DNA of 64,000 bases from Gammaproteobacteria bacterium (GCA_015492075.1 WGFU01000037.1:74941-138940); one strand, 5' to 3'; counted from the stretch's first letter, positions 22,724 to 34,852 are shown. Program-made: numbers and translations. The notes: a model not told the origin generated them from the letters alone.

Positions 22724-23149
22724 ATGATTATGAACGAGGTAATGATACCGATCTCTTTTGGTGAATTGATCGATAAAATCACCATTCTCGAAATCAAGTC
22801 TGAACGTATTTCCAACCAAGACAAACTGAAAAACGTACGCCACGAACTCGACCTACTGAGCGAGATATGGCAACAACACTGCGTTGAACAAGCTGACATT
22901 TCCCAACAATGGGATTCCTTGCGCAAAATCAACGCCAGGCTATGGGACATCGAAGACGATATTCGCAAATTGGAACGCGAAGCCCGCTTTGATGAAGAGT
23001 TTATCGCCTTAGCACGCGCCGTCTATATCACCAATGATGAACGCGCAAAGCTAAAACGCAAAATCAATACTACACTAGGCTCAAGTGTAGTCGAAGAGAA
23101 ATCCTACGCTGATTACACATGCCTCGACAGAGACTCATCTACCATCTGA
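22724..23149 (+). CDS. DUF6165-like protein
   Basis: PIS.GELIDKITILEIK, LWDIEDDIR, ARAVY..NDERA..KR.IN, EEKSY. Confidence 0.8.
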   Translation: MIMNEVMIPISFGELIDKITILEIKSERISNQDKLKNVRHELDLLSEIWQQHCVEQADISQQWDSLRKINARLWDIEDDIRKLEREARFDEEFIALARAVYITNDERAKLKRKINTTLGSSVVEEKSYADYTCLDRDSSTI

Positions 23150-24174
23150 TCAACCCGGGCAATCACCTCATCTATTTTTATTAGAGACATAACGCCCGGT
23201 ACTTCTATCTTTTTGCCCCATTTCAACTCGGACGACTGCTTGCCCAAGAATTTTTGCGCCGCCTTGGCATAAACATCAACGCACCGATGACGGCTATGGT
23301 AGGGACCCGAACGCCAGGGGTCAGTCGCCGCATACAAACCTAGCACTGGTGTGCCAACTGCATTAGCGATATGAACAGGACCAGAATCTGGGCTAACTAA
23401 AAATAGCGCCTTATCAAGTATCGCCACCATCTGCATCAAGGTGTCCCTACCAATAAGGTTGAGCGGTTTCTCCTTCATCTGCCGTTCAATAGCAACACCC
23501 ATATTTCTTTCAAGATCACTTTTGCCACCGCAAAAAACTACTACCAAGCCATGCGTACGGATAAGGTGGTCGGCCACCGACGCATAGCCTTCGATACTCC
23601 AATTACGTAGGGCATGACTAGAGGCCGGGCTAATTACTACATATGGCTTCCTGCCAGGTATTAATTTGGCCGCCTGCGCGGCAGCCAAATCCGATATTGG
23701 CATAGCATGATCAATCTCAATGTCGTGCAAACCCAAAGGCTGTAAAAAACTGATAAACGCTTCCAGCACATGCTGCTGTGCAACATATCCAATACGTTCG
23801 TTGATCACCAACGAATGCCCTTCTTTTGATCTTTGCCTATCGAAACCAATTTTTAATGGCGAATTGACCATGGACGCAATTAGGTTTGCGCGTAGGGACA
23901 GCTGCATGTGCAATAAAACATCAAATTGACGCTGTCGCAGAATAGAAAACAACTGGCGATACGCAGACAAGCCGGCTTTCTTGTTAAAGGTAAGAAATTC
24001 TACGCCAGCCAGATCACCAAACAGTTTCCTCTCGAATTCACCAATAATCCAGCTAATCTGGCAATTTGGCCACTCCTTTCGTAGCGCATTCAGCACGGGC
24101 AGCACATGGGTCACATCACCCAGGGCTGACAATCTGAGCAAACATATGCGCTTAGGTGTATTTTCGACAGACAT
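23113..24174 (-). CDS. Glycosyltransferase family 9 (heptosyltransferase-like)
   Basis: LRLSALGDV.H, HMQ.SLRA, RNW, SPDSGPVH.A, GP. Start moved to MSVENTPK. Confidence 0.92.
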   Translation of the reverse strand: MSVENTPKRICLLRLSALGDVTHVLPVLNALRKEWPNCQISWIIGEFERKLFGDLAGVEFLTFNKKAGLSAYRQLFSILRQRQFDVLLHMQLSLRANLIASMVNSPLKIGFDRQRSKEGHSLVINERIGYVAQQHVLEAFISFLQPLGLHDIEIDHAMPISDLAAAQAAKLIPGRKPYVVISPASSHALRNWSIEGYASVADHLIRTHGLVVVFCGGKSDLERNMGVAIERQMKEKPLNLIGRDTLMQMVAILDKALFLVSPDSGPVHIANAVGTPVLGLYAATDPWRSGPYHSRHRCVDVYAKAAQKFLGKQSSELKWGKKIEVPGVMSLIKIDEVIARVDQMVDESLSRHV

Positions 24175-24334
24175 TAGACAAAGAGCGCGATTAGTGAATT
24201 GAGAAACTATTACCCGTATAGCAGCATTGTACCCTTCATCGCTCGAGCAAACATAGCGCTCAAATACGGGCTCATATTGAGCGACTGAATTCACGTATAC
24301 TCTATACTGAAATTCAACAAGTCTAGTCGTTAAC

Positions 24335-25366
24335 ATGCGCGCCCAACGTCACCTATTTTTTATAACACAAACCTATTCCTATTCAATACTGCGCCCCTTG
24401 CAAGCGGCGATTCTAGCGCGAGGCGGTGAAGTGGCTTGGTTTTTGTCAGGCACAGAACTTAATTACGATTATCTGCGAGAAGACGAACAGCGTATCCATA
24501 GCATGGAAGCAGCCATACAGTTTGCTCCAGACGCTTGCTACGCGCCAGGTGATGTTATCCCTGACATGTTACCAGGTATCAAGGTAAGTATATTTCACGG
24601 CTTTAACGTTGCTGGCAAACGAAATAAATTCAAAATTCGGGGGCTTTTTGATCTGTATTGCACACAGGGCCCAGATACCACGAACCCGTTTCAACAACTC
24701 GCAAAACAACATCATCACTTCAGGGTCGTTGAGACTGGCTGGCCAAAACTGGACCCTCTATTCAACACGCCTCAGCAAAACACTCCCAACGATAAGCCTG
24801 TCATACTCTACGCATCAACATTTTCAGAGCGTTTAACCTCAGCGCCGTACCTTATTGACACCATCAAAACCTTATCAAGGAACTCAGATTGGCAATGGTT
24901 GGTCACCCTTCACCCTAAAATGGCACCTGACGTTATATCGGCCTATAAGGCGATCCAGCATGACAACTTGGAATATATCGAAAGTGATAATCTCATCCCT
25001 GTTTTACTAAAAGCTGACGTCATGCTTTGCGACACGTCATCGATCATGTATGAATTTCTGCTCACCCAGAAGCCTGTTGTCACCTATAAAAATACCGCCA
25101 AAAACCCTTGTTTTCTTAATACAAATAATGCAGATAATATACAGCAACTTCTTACACACGCTCTGTCTCGGCCTAAAGAGCTACTACAAACAATCAAACA
25201 TTACTCAGAGACCATTCACCCTTATACAGATGGAAAGTCGAGCGAGCGGGTGCTCGATGCGGTAGATTGGTTTATAAATGACGGCTGTCGTGGCTTAAAG
25301 AAAAAACCACTGAATCTCATAAGACGTTATAAAATACGCAAAAAACTTGGCTACTATAAGTGGTAA
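24335..25366 (+). CDS. CDP-glycerol glycerophosphotransferase (TagF-like) family protein
   Basis: YSYSILRPLQ, FHG, IRGLFDLYCTQGP, ETGWPKLD, HPK, CDTSS, DGKSSERV. Confidence 0.88.
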   Translation: MRAQRHLFFITQTYSYSILRPLQAAILARGGEVAWFLSGTELNYDYLREDEQRIHSMEAAIQFAPDACYAPGDVIPDMLPGIKVSIFHGFNVAGKRNKFKIRGLFDLYCTQGPDTTNPFQQLAKQHHHFRVVETGWPKLDPLFNTPQQNTPNDKPVILYASTFSERLTSAPYLIDTIKTLSRNSDWQWLVTLHPKMAPDVISAYKAIQHDNLEYIESDNLIPVLLKADVMLCDTSSIMYEFLLTQKPVVTYKNTAKNPCFLNTNNADNIQQLLTHALSRPKELLQTIKHYSETIHPYTDGKSSERVLDAVDWFINDGCRGLKKKPLNLIRRYKIRKKLGYYKW

Positions 25367-25411
25367 ATCACCAAGCTTATTGGCAAACCTAAAGGCCTAC
25401 TTCGGCCAACC

Positions 25412-27313
25412 CTAGCGCTGAGAAACAAGCCTTTGAAAGTACTCAACAAACTGATCAACCGTTTTCTCTAACGATACGTCTTTATTTATTTTTTCTTTAC
25501 AACGCTGCGACATGGCGGCCACCAATCGGGGATTGTTATACAGTTTACGCACGCGATCAGCAATAGCATCTGCATCTTTAACTGGGACCACATAGCCCGT
25601 CACTCCGTCCTCGACGACTTCTTTACCGCCACCAGTATCGGTGATTATCGGTGGTACCCCAGAACTCATCGCCTCCATCATCGCTCGCGGCAGACCCTCG
25701 CCACTGACTGATGGTTGCACCAACAAATTGCTTGCAGCGATAAGCTGCGGCGCATCATAACGATAGCCAGCAAGGTGTATTCTGTCTCGCATTGCATTGT
25801 TAGCAATTTTTTCGGTGTAAGGTTCTTTACAAATATTTTTCCCGACCAGAAGCAAATGCATATTAGAAATATCTGCCAATCTATTCGCCGCCTCCAGCAT
25901 CACGTCAAGCCCTTTACTAGGCCGCGCATTGACGGCACAAATCACTGTAAAATCGTCAGCTTCAATACCAAATTCAGACAAATCTCCCGGTGGCTGATCA
26001 TACCACTCAAGCTTATGACCCTTATGTATAGCCACGACATTGTGCTTGTTTTTCCATACCCGCTTTACGACATCCTGACGCACAGCATCTGATACACATA
26101 TAACACCATCAACACGCGGGTGCAGATGGGTGAGGTAGGCGCTGGGGTCATGACGGTAAAGGCCACCCGTGGTACCACGGTAAGTCACCAGCTTGACTTT
26201 CGCCCCCTTGGCAGCAAAGGCAGCATTGGGTATCGATTTTGAATTGGTCGCTAACAAAATATCATATGACTTTCTTGCTAATTCATTTTTCACCAAAGCA
26301 ATTGAACTACGACATATTTTCTTCTTTGGCGTGCCATTTATAACTTTAATCCCTTGTTCCATATAGCGCCTGCCATATTCAGTCTCTGAATTGGTAATGA
26401 TCGTTACCTGATGTCCGCGCTTGGCTAATTCAATAAATATCTCCGCTTCCGGGCGCAAACTATTGAAAGAACTATCAGACGAAGTGAATACCAATATATT
26501 CATTGTTTTATCAATGCCTATTGCAGGGGTGACACTGTTCTTCTCCTCCTCTCGCATTGCCCATGCTCCGGCATACTTGTTAAACGTGTATTGCGCATAG
26601 ATCACTGCCATTAAAAAGCCATGACCACCATCAAGAACGCCTAAGCGCAATACATATATTTGGAAAAACACCCAGGCGGCCCTTAACAGCGCCACGAAAA
26701 GACCTCCACCATAACGACCGGCATGGTGGCGCTTTTCAGCGCCAAGAGAAGCATACAAACTTGTCTTATCAAGTAAATGCTTAAAGTCACGATTTGAGTA
26801 ATGCAACAAACGATGCCTTAGCTTAGACGTTTTACCTTGAGGTAAAAGTACTTTTTCGTGCACCAAGTCATCGCTGAAACGCGCTTCTTCGCGTCGAAAC
26901 AGTCGCTCAACATAACGTGCACTGCGGCCATGATCTAAACGCTTGCCGAATAACATCACTGCCCATTGCATCTTGAATGATATTTCTTGCGGTGAACTAG
27001 CAAGAACCGCTTTAATTTCTTCAGCAAGCTGAGGACTTAAAGCCTCGTCTGCATCAAGCGACAAGACCCATTTATGGCTGGCGCACTCTAAAGCGCGTTG
27101 CTTTTGTGGCCCATAACCCGGCCAATCGGTAACATATACTTTATCTGTATATCTTTTTGCAATTGCCACCGTGTCGTCATCACTGCCACTATCAAGCACA
27201 ATAATTTCATCAGCAATACCAACCACCGAGTCCAAGCATCCTGGCAGCCTGTCTTGCTCATTTTTGGCAATGACAATAACGGACAAATCAAGTGGCTTGT
27301 TTTTTTTTGGCAT
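25412..27313 (-). CDS. Fused GT2 (WaaE/KdtX-like) + GT4 glycosyltransferase
   Basis: N-half: DSGSDDDT, WPGYGPQKQ, LDADE, VHE. C-half starts at MNILVF and has RPSKG, EGLPRAMMEAM. Confidence 0.88.
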   Translation of the reverse strand: MPKKNKPLDLSVIVIAKNEQDRLPGCLDSVVGIADEIIVLDSGSDDDTVAIAKRYTDKVYVTDWPGYGPQKQRALECASHKWVLSLDADEALSPQLAEEIKAVLASSPQEISFKMQWAVMLFGKRLDHGRSARYVERLFRREEARFSDDLVHEKVLLPQGKTSKLRHRLLHYSNRDFKHLLDKTSLYASLGAEKRHHAGRYGGGLFVALLRAAWVFFQIYVLRLGVLDGGHGFLMAVIYAQYTFNKYAGAWAMREEEKNSVTPAIGIDKTMNILVFTSSDSSFNSLRPEAEIFIELAKRGHQVTIITNSETEYGRRYMEQGIKVINGTPKKKICRSSIALVKNELARKSYDILLATNSKSIPNAAFAAKGAKVKLVTYRGTTGGLYRHDPSAYLTHLHPRVDGVICVSDAVRQDVVKRVWKNKHNVVAIHKGHKLEWYDQPPGDLSEFGIEADDFTVICAVNARPSKGLDVMLEAANRLADISNMHLLLVGKNICKEPYTEKIANNAMRDRIHLAGYRYDAPQLIAASNLLVQPSVSGEGLPRAMMEAMSSGVPPIITDTGGGKEVVEDGVTGYVVPVKDADAIADRVRKLYNNPRLVAAMSQRCKEKINKDVSLEKTVDQFVEYFQRLVSQR

Positions 27314-27349
27314 TATGTCTCAGCAATCACTCTGAGCAACATGGCTTGT

Positions 27350-28171
27350 TTACGGTAAATATTTATCCAAGCCATTTGTACAGACCGGGTTGACTAGCGC
27401 CATCTTTTTCATGAATATTTGTTCGCTAATATTCCAGGAATCTTTTCTGCTGCCCGTATCGTGGTAAAGATGGTATTGCAATGCAGCAAAACGCGAACAT
27501 TTTAATTTAACACCCGCCAACTTTAATCGCCTTTCTACATCTGTGTCTTCTCCGAAATACGGTTCACAAAAGTCTTCATCAAAGCCGTTAATAGCGAGCA
27601 AGTCTGCCTTAGTCAAACAAAAACTATGGCCTCGCAAGCCATGGGTTTTCCGTGACTTCAGCAGCGGAAAACGAATAGATTCTTCTTTATGGCGACTGCG
27701 AGAAAACAATATTCTCAACATACTTAACTTGACACCATTGCCAGCAGAAAGCAATCGTTTGCTTAGTTGTTGATCAAGCATGACACGGCGACCAAATACG
27801 CATATACCTTTTTTGACATGCCGTAGCATCGTTGCAATATAGTCTTTGTGCAGAATGCAGTCGCCGTCAATAAATAGCAAAACCTGCCCTTTGCTTGCAC
27901 AAACGGCCTGGTTCAAAATCTTGTTTTTACGAAACCCATTGTCTTCCTGAGTCAGGTGCTTGACCGGTAACTTGCATTGCAAAGAGAACTCATTTATCAC
28001 TCTTGCTACGGCATCGTGCTGGCTATCCTGAGCAACAATCAATTCAAAATCTTGATAAGATTGCTTTGCAATCGATTCAAGTACGAGGCGTAGAAAATCT
28101 TCCCGGTTATAGACCGAGATAATAAGCGACACCAATGGTCTATTGTTTTTTTCAATCTTTGGCTTTGTCAC
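27350..28171 (-). CDS. Glycosyltransferase family 2
   Basis: SLIISVYN, QEDNGFRK..ILN, FIDGDC, INGFDE.F...GED.D, QYHLYH. Confidence 0.9.
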   Translation of the reverse strand: MTKPKIEKNNRPLVSLIISVYNREDFLRLVLESIAKQSYQDFELIVAQDSQHDAVARVINEFSLQCKLPVKHLTQEDNGFRKNKILNQAVCASKGQVLLFIDGDCILHKDYIATMLRHVKKGICVFGRRVMLDQQLSKRLLSAGNGVKLSMLRILFSRSRHKEESIRFPLLKSRKTHGLRGHSFCLTKADLLAINGFDEDFCEPYFGEDTDVERRLKLAGVKLKCSRFAALQYHLYHDTGSRKDSWNISEQIFMKKMALVNPVCTNGLDKYLP

Positions 28172-29444
28172 GCAAGTCTCCCTTCACATTTCCGCTCGGC
28201 CAACGCCATGCTGTCAACCCGGCCGTGAGCAACAACAGATAGAGAGTTGTCCCATAAGAATATAACTCGCCATGGAAAAACTGTGTGGCCAGATATCCTG
28301 TCGATACAGCGATGGCTGCATGAACATAAGCCTTGTACTCAAGTGCCACTTTTGCCAAGGATTGATAGAGGTGGTAAAACAGTAATGCCCCACAAACAAC
28401 CAAAACCATAAACCATATCGCACCCCATTCTATCAATATCTGCAGATAACTATTGTGAAAGTCTCCTGGATAGAGCGTAGCCAAAGCATAGTTCTGCTGA
28501 TATTCAGCGGGCTGGCCCTCCAAATAGCCAATAAATAACTGCTTCAGTGCTAAACGCCCAGTGCCTAACCAAAACTGATTTTTCGAAAAGTCCCAACCAG
28601 ACTGCCAAAGCTGTATGCGCGCGCTATTAGAATGATTGTTATTCATGTCAGAAATGGATCTGGCTTCATCCATTACTTTGCTTTCGTTAGCAAACAAAAA
28701 AACCGCTATTACAACAATGAAAACTACCAGCAAAAACTTACGGCAAAACACCAGGCCATAGGTCAGCGCGCCGATAAAACAGCCCAGCCACGCCCCACGA
28801 ATACCACTCATCAAAAGGCCATAACTGCATATCAAGATCGACGGTAGCAGTAACCAAACCCATTTTTTATACCGCGACCGAAAATCCTTATCGAATAACA
28901 ATATTGTCATCGTCAATATTACGATCAGCAACATATCGGCATTGCGCCCGATAAACATCATGCCATTAAATGCGCCCAGACTTCTCTGCTCAGCATGACT
29001 GACACCATAAATCGTAGCAACCAATGCGGACACCCACACGGCGACAAATAAGCCGAGAAAGGTCTTCTCGTTTCGCGCCACGATAATCATCGCAAGGGGT
29101 AGCAGGAAAAATTTAAATCTTGCCAAAAACTGGCCAATTTCTTCAACACCGGCTGACACCGTCAACGATGATGTCAATACCCCAAGCGCCAAGGGCAACA
29201 CAAAAAAAATCCACCAGGGATGTGCTCGCAGCGTACCAAACCCATCACGCCATAAAAAGACGAGGGCGGCGAGATAAGCGACACCGCTAAAAACATTAAT
29301 AGCCGCTTTTGATATAAAGCTACAGAGAAACACGGCAATCAGGGAAAAATAAATCGCTTTAGCCAAGCGCGGGAAGGTCACCGCAGGGCCATCACCAACA
29401 GAGACAGCCAAAGGGTCGAGCGCAACACGAGACTTGATTGACAT
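28152..29444 (-). CDS. waaL: O-antigen ligase family protein
   Basis: Polytopic membrane protein with RGAWLG, S.SARIQLW, LGTG, FHNSYLQ...E.G. Confidence 0.85.
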   Translation of the reverse strand: MSIKSRVALDPLAVSVGDGPAVTFPRLAKAIYFSLIAVFLCSFISKAAINVFSGVAYLAALVFLWRDGFGTLRAHPWWIFFVLPLALGVLTSSLTVSAGVEEIGQFLARFKFFLLPLAMIIVARNEKTFLGLFVAVWVSALVATIYGVSHAEQRSLGAFNGMMFIGRNADMLLIVILTMTILLFDKDFRSRYKKWVWLLLPSILICSYGLLMSGIRGAWLGCFIGALTYGLVFCRKFLLVVFIVVIAVFLFANESKVMDEARSISDMNNNHSNSARIQLWQSGWDFSKNQFWLGTGRLALKQLFIGYLEGQPAEYQQNYALATLYPGDFHNSYLQILIEWGAIWFMVLVVCGALLFYHLYQSLAKVALEYKAYVHAAIAVSTGYLATQFFHGELYSYGTTLYLLLLTAGLTAWRWPSGNVKGDLRDKAKD

Positions 29445-29567
29445 AGCTATGCAATACACCAAGACAATGAATATCGCAAAATCAATATGTGCCGGTTTAA
29501 TGGATGATGCGTATAGAACAAATCAGGCAACGGTTAATCCACAACCAAACAAACAATAAGGGATGAT

Positions 29568-29783
29568 TTAGCTTTGATTTATCAGTACGTAGTCAGCACC
29601 ACAGTACGGGCACTTCACTTTGCCGTGCGCTTCGATCTCCAGAAACACTCGCGGATGTGAGTTCCACAGACTCATACCCGGCATAGGGCAATGCAAGGGA
29701 AGATCTGCTTTGGTCACCTCATAGCGATTTTCCGCATTCGGCTCAATAAGATCCGTATTACCCGAAGTATTCATTTGCGCCAA
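29568..29783 (-). CDS. zf-CHCC zinc-finger protein
   Basis: DLPLHCP....LWNSHPRVFL....KCPYCG. Follows ilvE. Confidence 0.9.
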   Translation of the reverse strand: MAQMNTSGNTDLIEPNAENRYEVTKADLPLHCPMPGMSLWNSHPRVFLEIEAHGKVKCPYCGADYVLINQS

Positions 29784-29824
29784 ATCACTCTCTCCAATCT
29801 ATTTGCCCAATTGATAACACTAGG

Positions 29825-30751
29825 CTACTTGTGGACGTAACTCAACCAGTCATCATGTTCGGTACGACGACCATGAACCTGATCAAAATACAGCGCTTGT
29901 AGCTGCTCCGTGACCGGGCCACGGCCACCGTTGCCAATAGCACGACCGTCGAGCTCACGAATCGGTGTCACTTCGGCCGCGCTGCCGGTAAAAAAGGCCT
30001 CATCAGCGATATAGACCTCGTCGCGAGTGATACGTTTTTCAACTATTTCATACCCTGCCTCACGCGCCAATGTAAACATGGTATCGCGCGTGATACCAGC
30101 CAGGGCGGAGCCAAGATCCGGAGTATAGAGAATATTGTTTTTCACTATGAAAACATTCTCGCCACTGCCCTCGGCGACAAAACCATCCACATCAAGCAAC
30201 AAGGCTTCATCGCATCCGGCCGCTAATGCCTCGGTCAGCGCCATCATTGAATTAACATAATTGCCGTTTGTCTTAGCACGGCACATGGTGATATTAGTGC
30301 GATGACGCGTGTACGAGGAAGTGCAAACGCGAATTCCGCGCGCCATGTTCTCTTCACCCATATACGAACCCCACTCCCAGGCCGCTACAATCACGTGTGT
30401 TTTCAGGTTGTCAGCGCGCAGACCCATGCCTTCCGAGCCGTAAAAACACATCGGCCGTATATAGCCAGAATCAAGATTATTTTCGGCCACGGCCTGTATC
30501 GTCGCGGCGTTAATCTCCTCTTTGCTGTATGGCATAGTCATATTGAGTATATGCGCCGAATCAAACAAGCGATCGGTATGCGCTTCTAGGCGAAAAACTG
30601 CCGCACCCTTTGCTGTTTTATAGGCGCGCAAGCCTTCAAATACACCCAAACCATAGTGCAGGGTATGAGTCAGTACATGTACCTTGGCATCGCGCCAAGG
30701 TACCAGCTCGCCGTCAAACCAAATGACGCCGTCGCGGTCATCCATCATCAC
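29825..30751 (-). CDS. ilvE: Branched-chain amino acid aminotransferase
   Basis: HVLTHTLHYG.GVFEG.R, EGSGEN, GITR, FFTGSAAEVTPI. Exact start uncertain. Confidence 0.96.
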   Translation of the reverse strand: MMMDDRDGVIWFDGELVPWRDAKVHVLTHTLHYGLGVFEGLRAYKTAKGAAVFRLEAHTDRLFDSAHILNMTMPYSKEEINAATIQAVAENNLDSGYIRPMCFYGSEGMGLRADNLKTHVIVAAWEWGSYMGEENMARGIRVCTSSYTRHRTNITMCRAKTNGNYVNSMMALTEALAAGCDEALLLDVDGFVAEGSGENVFIVKNNILYTPDLGSALAGITRDTMFTLAREAGYEIVEKRITRDEVYIADEAFFTGSAAEVTPIRELDGRAIGNGGRGPVTEQLQALYFDQVHGRRTEHDDWLSYVHK

Positions 30752-30900
30752 GGATAAATCCTCGTATTCTGCTTGCAAAAACACAAGCTATTGATAAAAA
30801 AGCACTCTTTTGCACCCACTTTATGATGGACTTCAAGTTTTAGCGCTCAAATTCTGCCTATTCTACCTGTAAAACGTGCTTAATTTTAGTTTTTCCATAT

Positions 30901-30928
30901 TAAAGCAAAGGTAAAATGGCGCCGATAA
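30901..30928 (+). promoter_or_regulatory. Putative sigma28 promoter upstream of pilU
   Basis: TAAAG...GCCGATAA (TAAA-N16-GCCGATAA). Confidence 0.45.
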
Positions 30929-30969
30929 CCTCGGTCACAAGCTTCAATACAATATTCGGTACCCAAAGC

Positions 30970-32142
30970 ATGGAATTTAAAGATTATCTTAAGATATTGG
31001 TCATCAAAGAGGGTTCCGACCTGTATTTAACTACAGGCGCCCATCCCAGCATTAAAACGCAGGGAGTGTTAACGCCTATCGAGAGCTCACCACTACCACC
31101 TGGTCGTGTCAGAGCGATGGCGATGACCTTAATGGACGAGGAACAACAAACAGCCTTTGAGACCTCTCCAGAAATGAACCTTGCTATATCAGAACACGGT
31201 ATCGGCCGTTTTCGCGTCAACATCTTTCAGCAACGCCACGAAGTCGGCATGGTGGTACGCTCTATCAAGACTGAAATCCCCAGCCTTGACAGCCTGGGAT
31301 TGCCACAAATACTTAAAAAACAAATTATGGAGAAACGTGGCCTAATTCTGTTTGTCGGCGGTACCGGCTCAGGTAAATCCACCTCACTGGCTTCGTTAAT
31401 CGATTACCGCAATACTCACAGCGGTGGTCATATCATTACCATTGAAGACCCGGTTGAATTCGTCCACAGCCATAAGAAATCCATTGTCAATCAGCGCGAG
31501 GTCGGCTTTGATACTAATAGCTACGCTGAAGCACTAAAAAATACGCTACGACAAGCGCCGGATGTCATTCTGATTGGTGAAATTCGTGATCGGGAGACTA
31601 TGGAGCACGCCATTGCCTTCGCCGAGACAGGTCATCTGGTGCTGTCGACCCTGCATGCCAATAGCGCCAACCAGGCCTTTGGCCGTATTATTAATTTCTT
31701 CCCCGAAGAGCGTCGCCAACAATTACTGTCAGACCTCTCGTTAAATATGCGCGCTTTTATCTCACAACGACTGGTCCAAACATTAGACGCTAAACGCGCT
31801 GCTGCCATTGAGATCCTGCTTGGCACGCCTATCGTCAAAGATCTCATTCTCAAAGGCGAAATCGAGCAAATCAAAGACGTTATGACTAAGTCGGAAAACT
31901 TAGGCATGCAGACCTTTGATGCTGCGCTTTATAAACTTTATAAGGCTGGTAAAATTTCGTTGGAAGAAGCCTTGCGCAATGCCGACTCGCAAAATAACCT
32001 GCGCCTGCGTATCAGCCTTGAAGAGACCGAAGCGGACACTCAAGAATCCGGGGGCAGCCGTTTGTCACTACAAGATCACGATGAGGAACCTGCTCAAATG
32101 GGCTCTCTTGATGCACGTATGACCAGCCAACTCGCACGCTAA
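30970..32142 (+). CDS. pilU: PilT/PilU family type IV pilus retraction ATPase (PilU-like)
   Basis: GSDLYL, RFRVNIF, GGTGSGKST, TIEDPVE, LRQAPDVILIGEIRD, TLHANSANQ, GMQTFD. Confidence 0.92.
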   Translation: MEFKDYLKILVIKEGSDLYLTTGAHPSIKTQGVLTPIESSPLPPGRVRAMAMTLMDEEQQTAFETSPEMNLAISEHGIGRFRVNIFQQRHEVGMVVRSIKTEIPSLDSLGLPQILKKQIMEKRGLILFVGGTGSGKSTSLASLIDYRNTHSGGHIITIEDPVEFVHSHKKSIVNQREVGFDTNSYAEALKNTLRQAPDVILIGEIRDRETMEHAIAFAETGHLVLSTLHANSANQAFGRIINFFPEERRQQLLSDLSLNMRAFISQRLVQTLDAKRAAAIEILLGTPIVKDLILKGEIEQIKDVMTKSENLGMQTFDAALYKLYKAGKISLEEALRNADSQNNLRLRISLEETEADTQESGGSRLSLQDHDEEPAQMGSLDARMTSQLAR

Positions 32143-32288
32143 AATAAAAAGGCGTGACGTCGACTAAAACCAAGCCACACCTCTAGATAAAACTACTGTC
32201 CGAATAAAAACCTAGTGATGCCTTAACCCATGATAATGCATGCCATCTCATGATGAATACATACCCCAAGAGTACTTCTTCGGCAACG

Positions 32289-32531
32289 CTATCGCACTCC
32301 CTCAGGGCGCATTTCCCAATTACCGCACTTGGGACAGCGGTGCGAATGAAACGTAAACAAATGCCATACCGTAACGATCGGGCCTATTACCGCCAGATAA
32401 ATATTGGCAGTAATCAGAGCCACAATCAGACCAAAACCCCACGCGAACACATCCAGCATGATACTGCTATATTCATCATGTGAAGGTTTACCCACATAGC
32501 CACAATGACCACATTCTTTCGTGCGCATCAC
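32289..32531 (-). CDS. Small LITAF-like zinc-ribbon membrane protein
   Basis: Strong RBS GAGGAGG. CGHCG, then a hydrophobic hairpin, then HRCPKCG. Confidence 0.7.
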   Translation of the reverse strand: MMRTKECGHCGYVGKPSHDEYSSIMLDVFAWGFGLIVALITANIYLAVIGPIVTVWHLFTFHSHRCPKCGNWEMRPEGVR

Positions 32532-32681
32532 ACACCTCCTCGCCTACACCGCCTTCAAGCCAAACCACCTTGTTTTAATAAAGATAGCAACGGCTCCAAT
32601 ATAGTGCCGCTGGCCTGATCAGTCTGTGACATGATCACACCTGTCATCGCTGCGCACGGCGAAGAACTCACATAGCACGGC

Positions 32682-32713
32682 AAAAAAAAGCCCTGCCGAT
32701 TTCTCGGCAGGGC
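32682..32713 (-). terminator. Rho-independent terminator of groESL
   Basis: 10-bp stem GCCCTGCCGA/TCGGCAGGGC, GAAA loop and T8 on the minus strand. Confidence 0.92.
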
Positions 32714-32743
32714 CTCATGATAACCAGCGTTTAAGCGCTAGTA

Positions 32744-34390
<1,647 letters not shown>

Positions 34391-34449
34391 TTAAAATTCT
34401 GGTTTGTACCGCAAGGGTACGGTGGCATCAATTTGCTATTTAAACGGCC

Positions 34450-34740
34450 TTAGCCTTCGATCACACCCATGATGTCTTCTTCACGCATCACAAGCAGCTC
34501 TTCACCGTCAATCTTGACTTCGTTACCGGAATATTTGCCAAATATGATCTTGTCGCCAACCTTGACATCCATCGCACGGACATCGCCATTTTCCAAGATC
34601 TTACCGTTACCAACAGCCAGCACTTCACCTTGTGAAGGTTTTTCAGCTGCATTACCAGGAATGACGATTCCGCCAGCGCTTTTCAGCTCTTCTTCGGAAC
34701 GACGAACCAAAACTCGGTCATGTAATGGGCGAATGTTCAT
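34450..34740 (-). CDS. groS: Co-chaperonin GroES
   Basis: [27 protein letters not shown]. Confidence 0.99.
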   Translation of the reverse strand: MNIRPLHDRVLVRRSEEELKSAGGIVIPGNAAEKPSQGEVLAVGNGKILENGDVRAMDVKVGDKIIFGKYSGNEVKIDGEELLVMREEDIMGVIEG

Positions 34741-34820
34741 TTTTTTCTCCTAAAAATACCGTTAACAATCAAACAGTTAGGCCCCGCGCTAGAACAACCG
34801 CTATTTTTCACCAGCAATTG

Positions 34821-34847
34821 TTAGCACTCACCCTCTTTGAGTGCTAA
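34821..34847. promoter_or_regulatory. CIRCE element (HrcA operator)
   Basis: Exact TTAGCACTC-N9-GAGTGCTAA upstream of groES. Confidence 0.97.
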
Positions 34848-34852
34848 CAATC

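Noticed and set aside
24175-24336. N-terminal extension of the GT9 ORF
   Set aside because: The family motif begins at MSVENTPKRICLLR, and the extension covers the divergent promoter region.
32625-32639. TGTGA-N5-TCACA palindrome upstream of the LITAF-like gene, as a CRP site
   Set aside because: The spacer is 5 rather than the required 6 bp, so it cannot be assigned.
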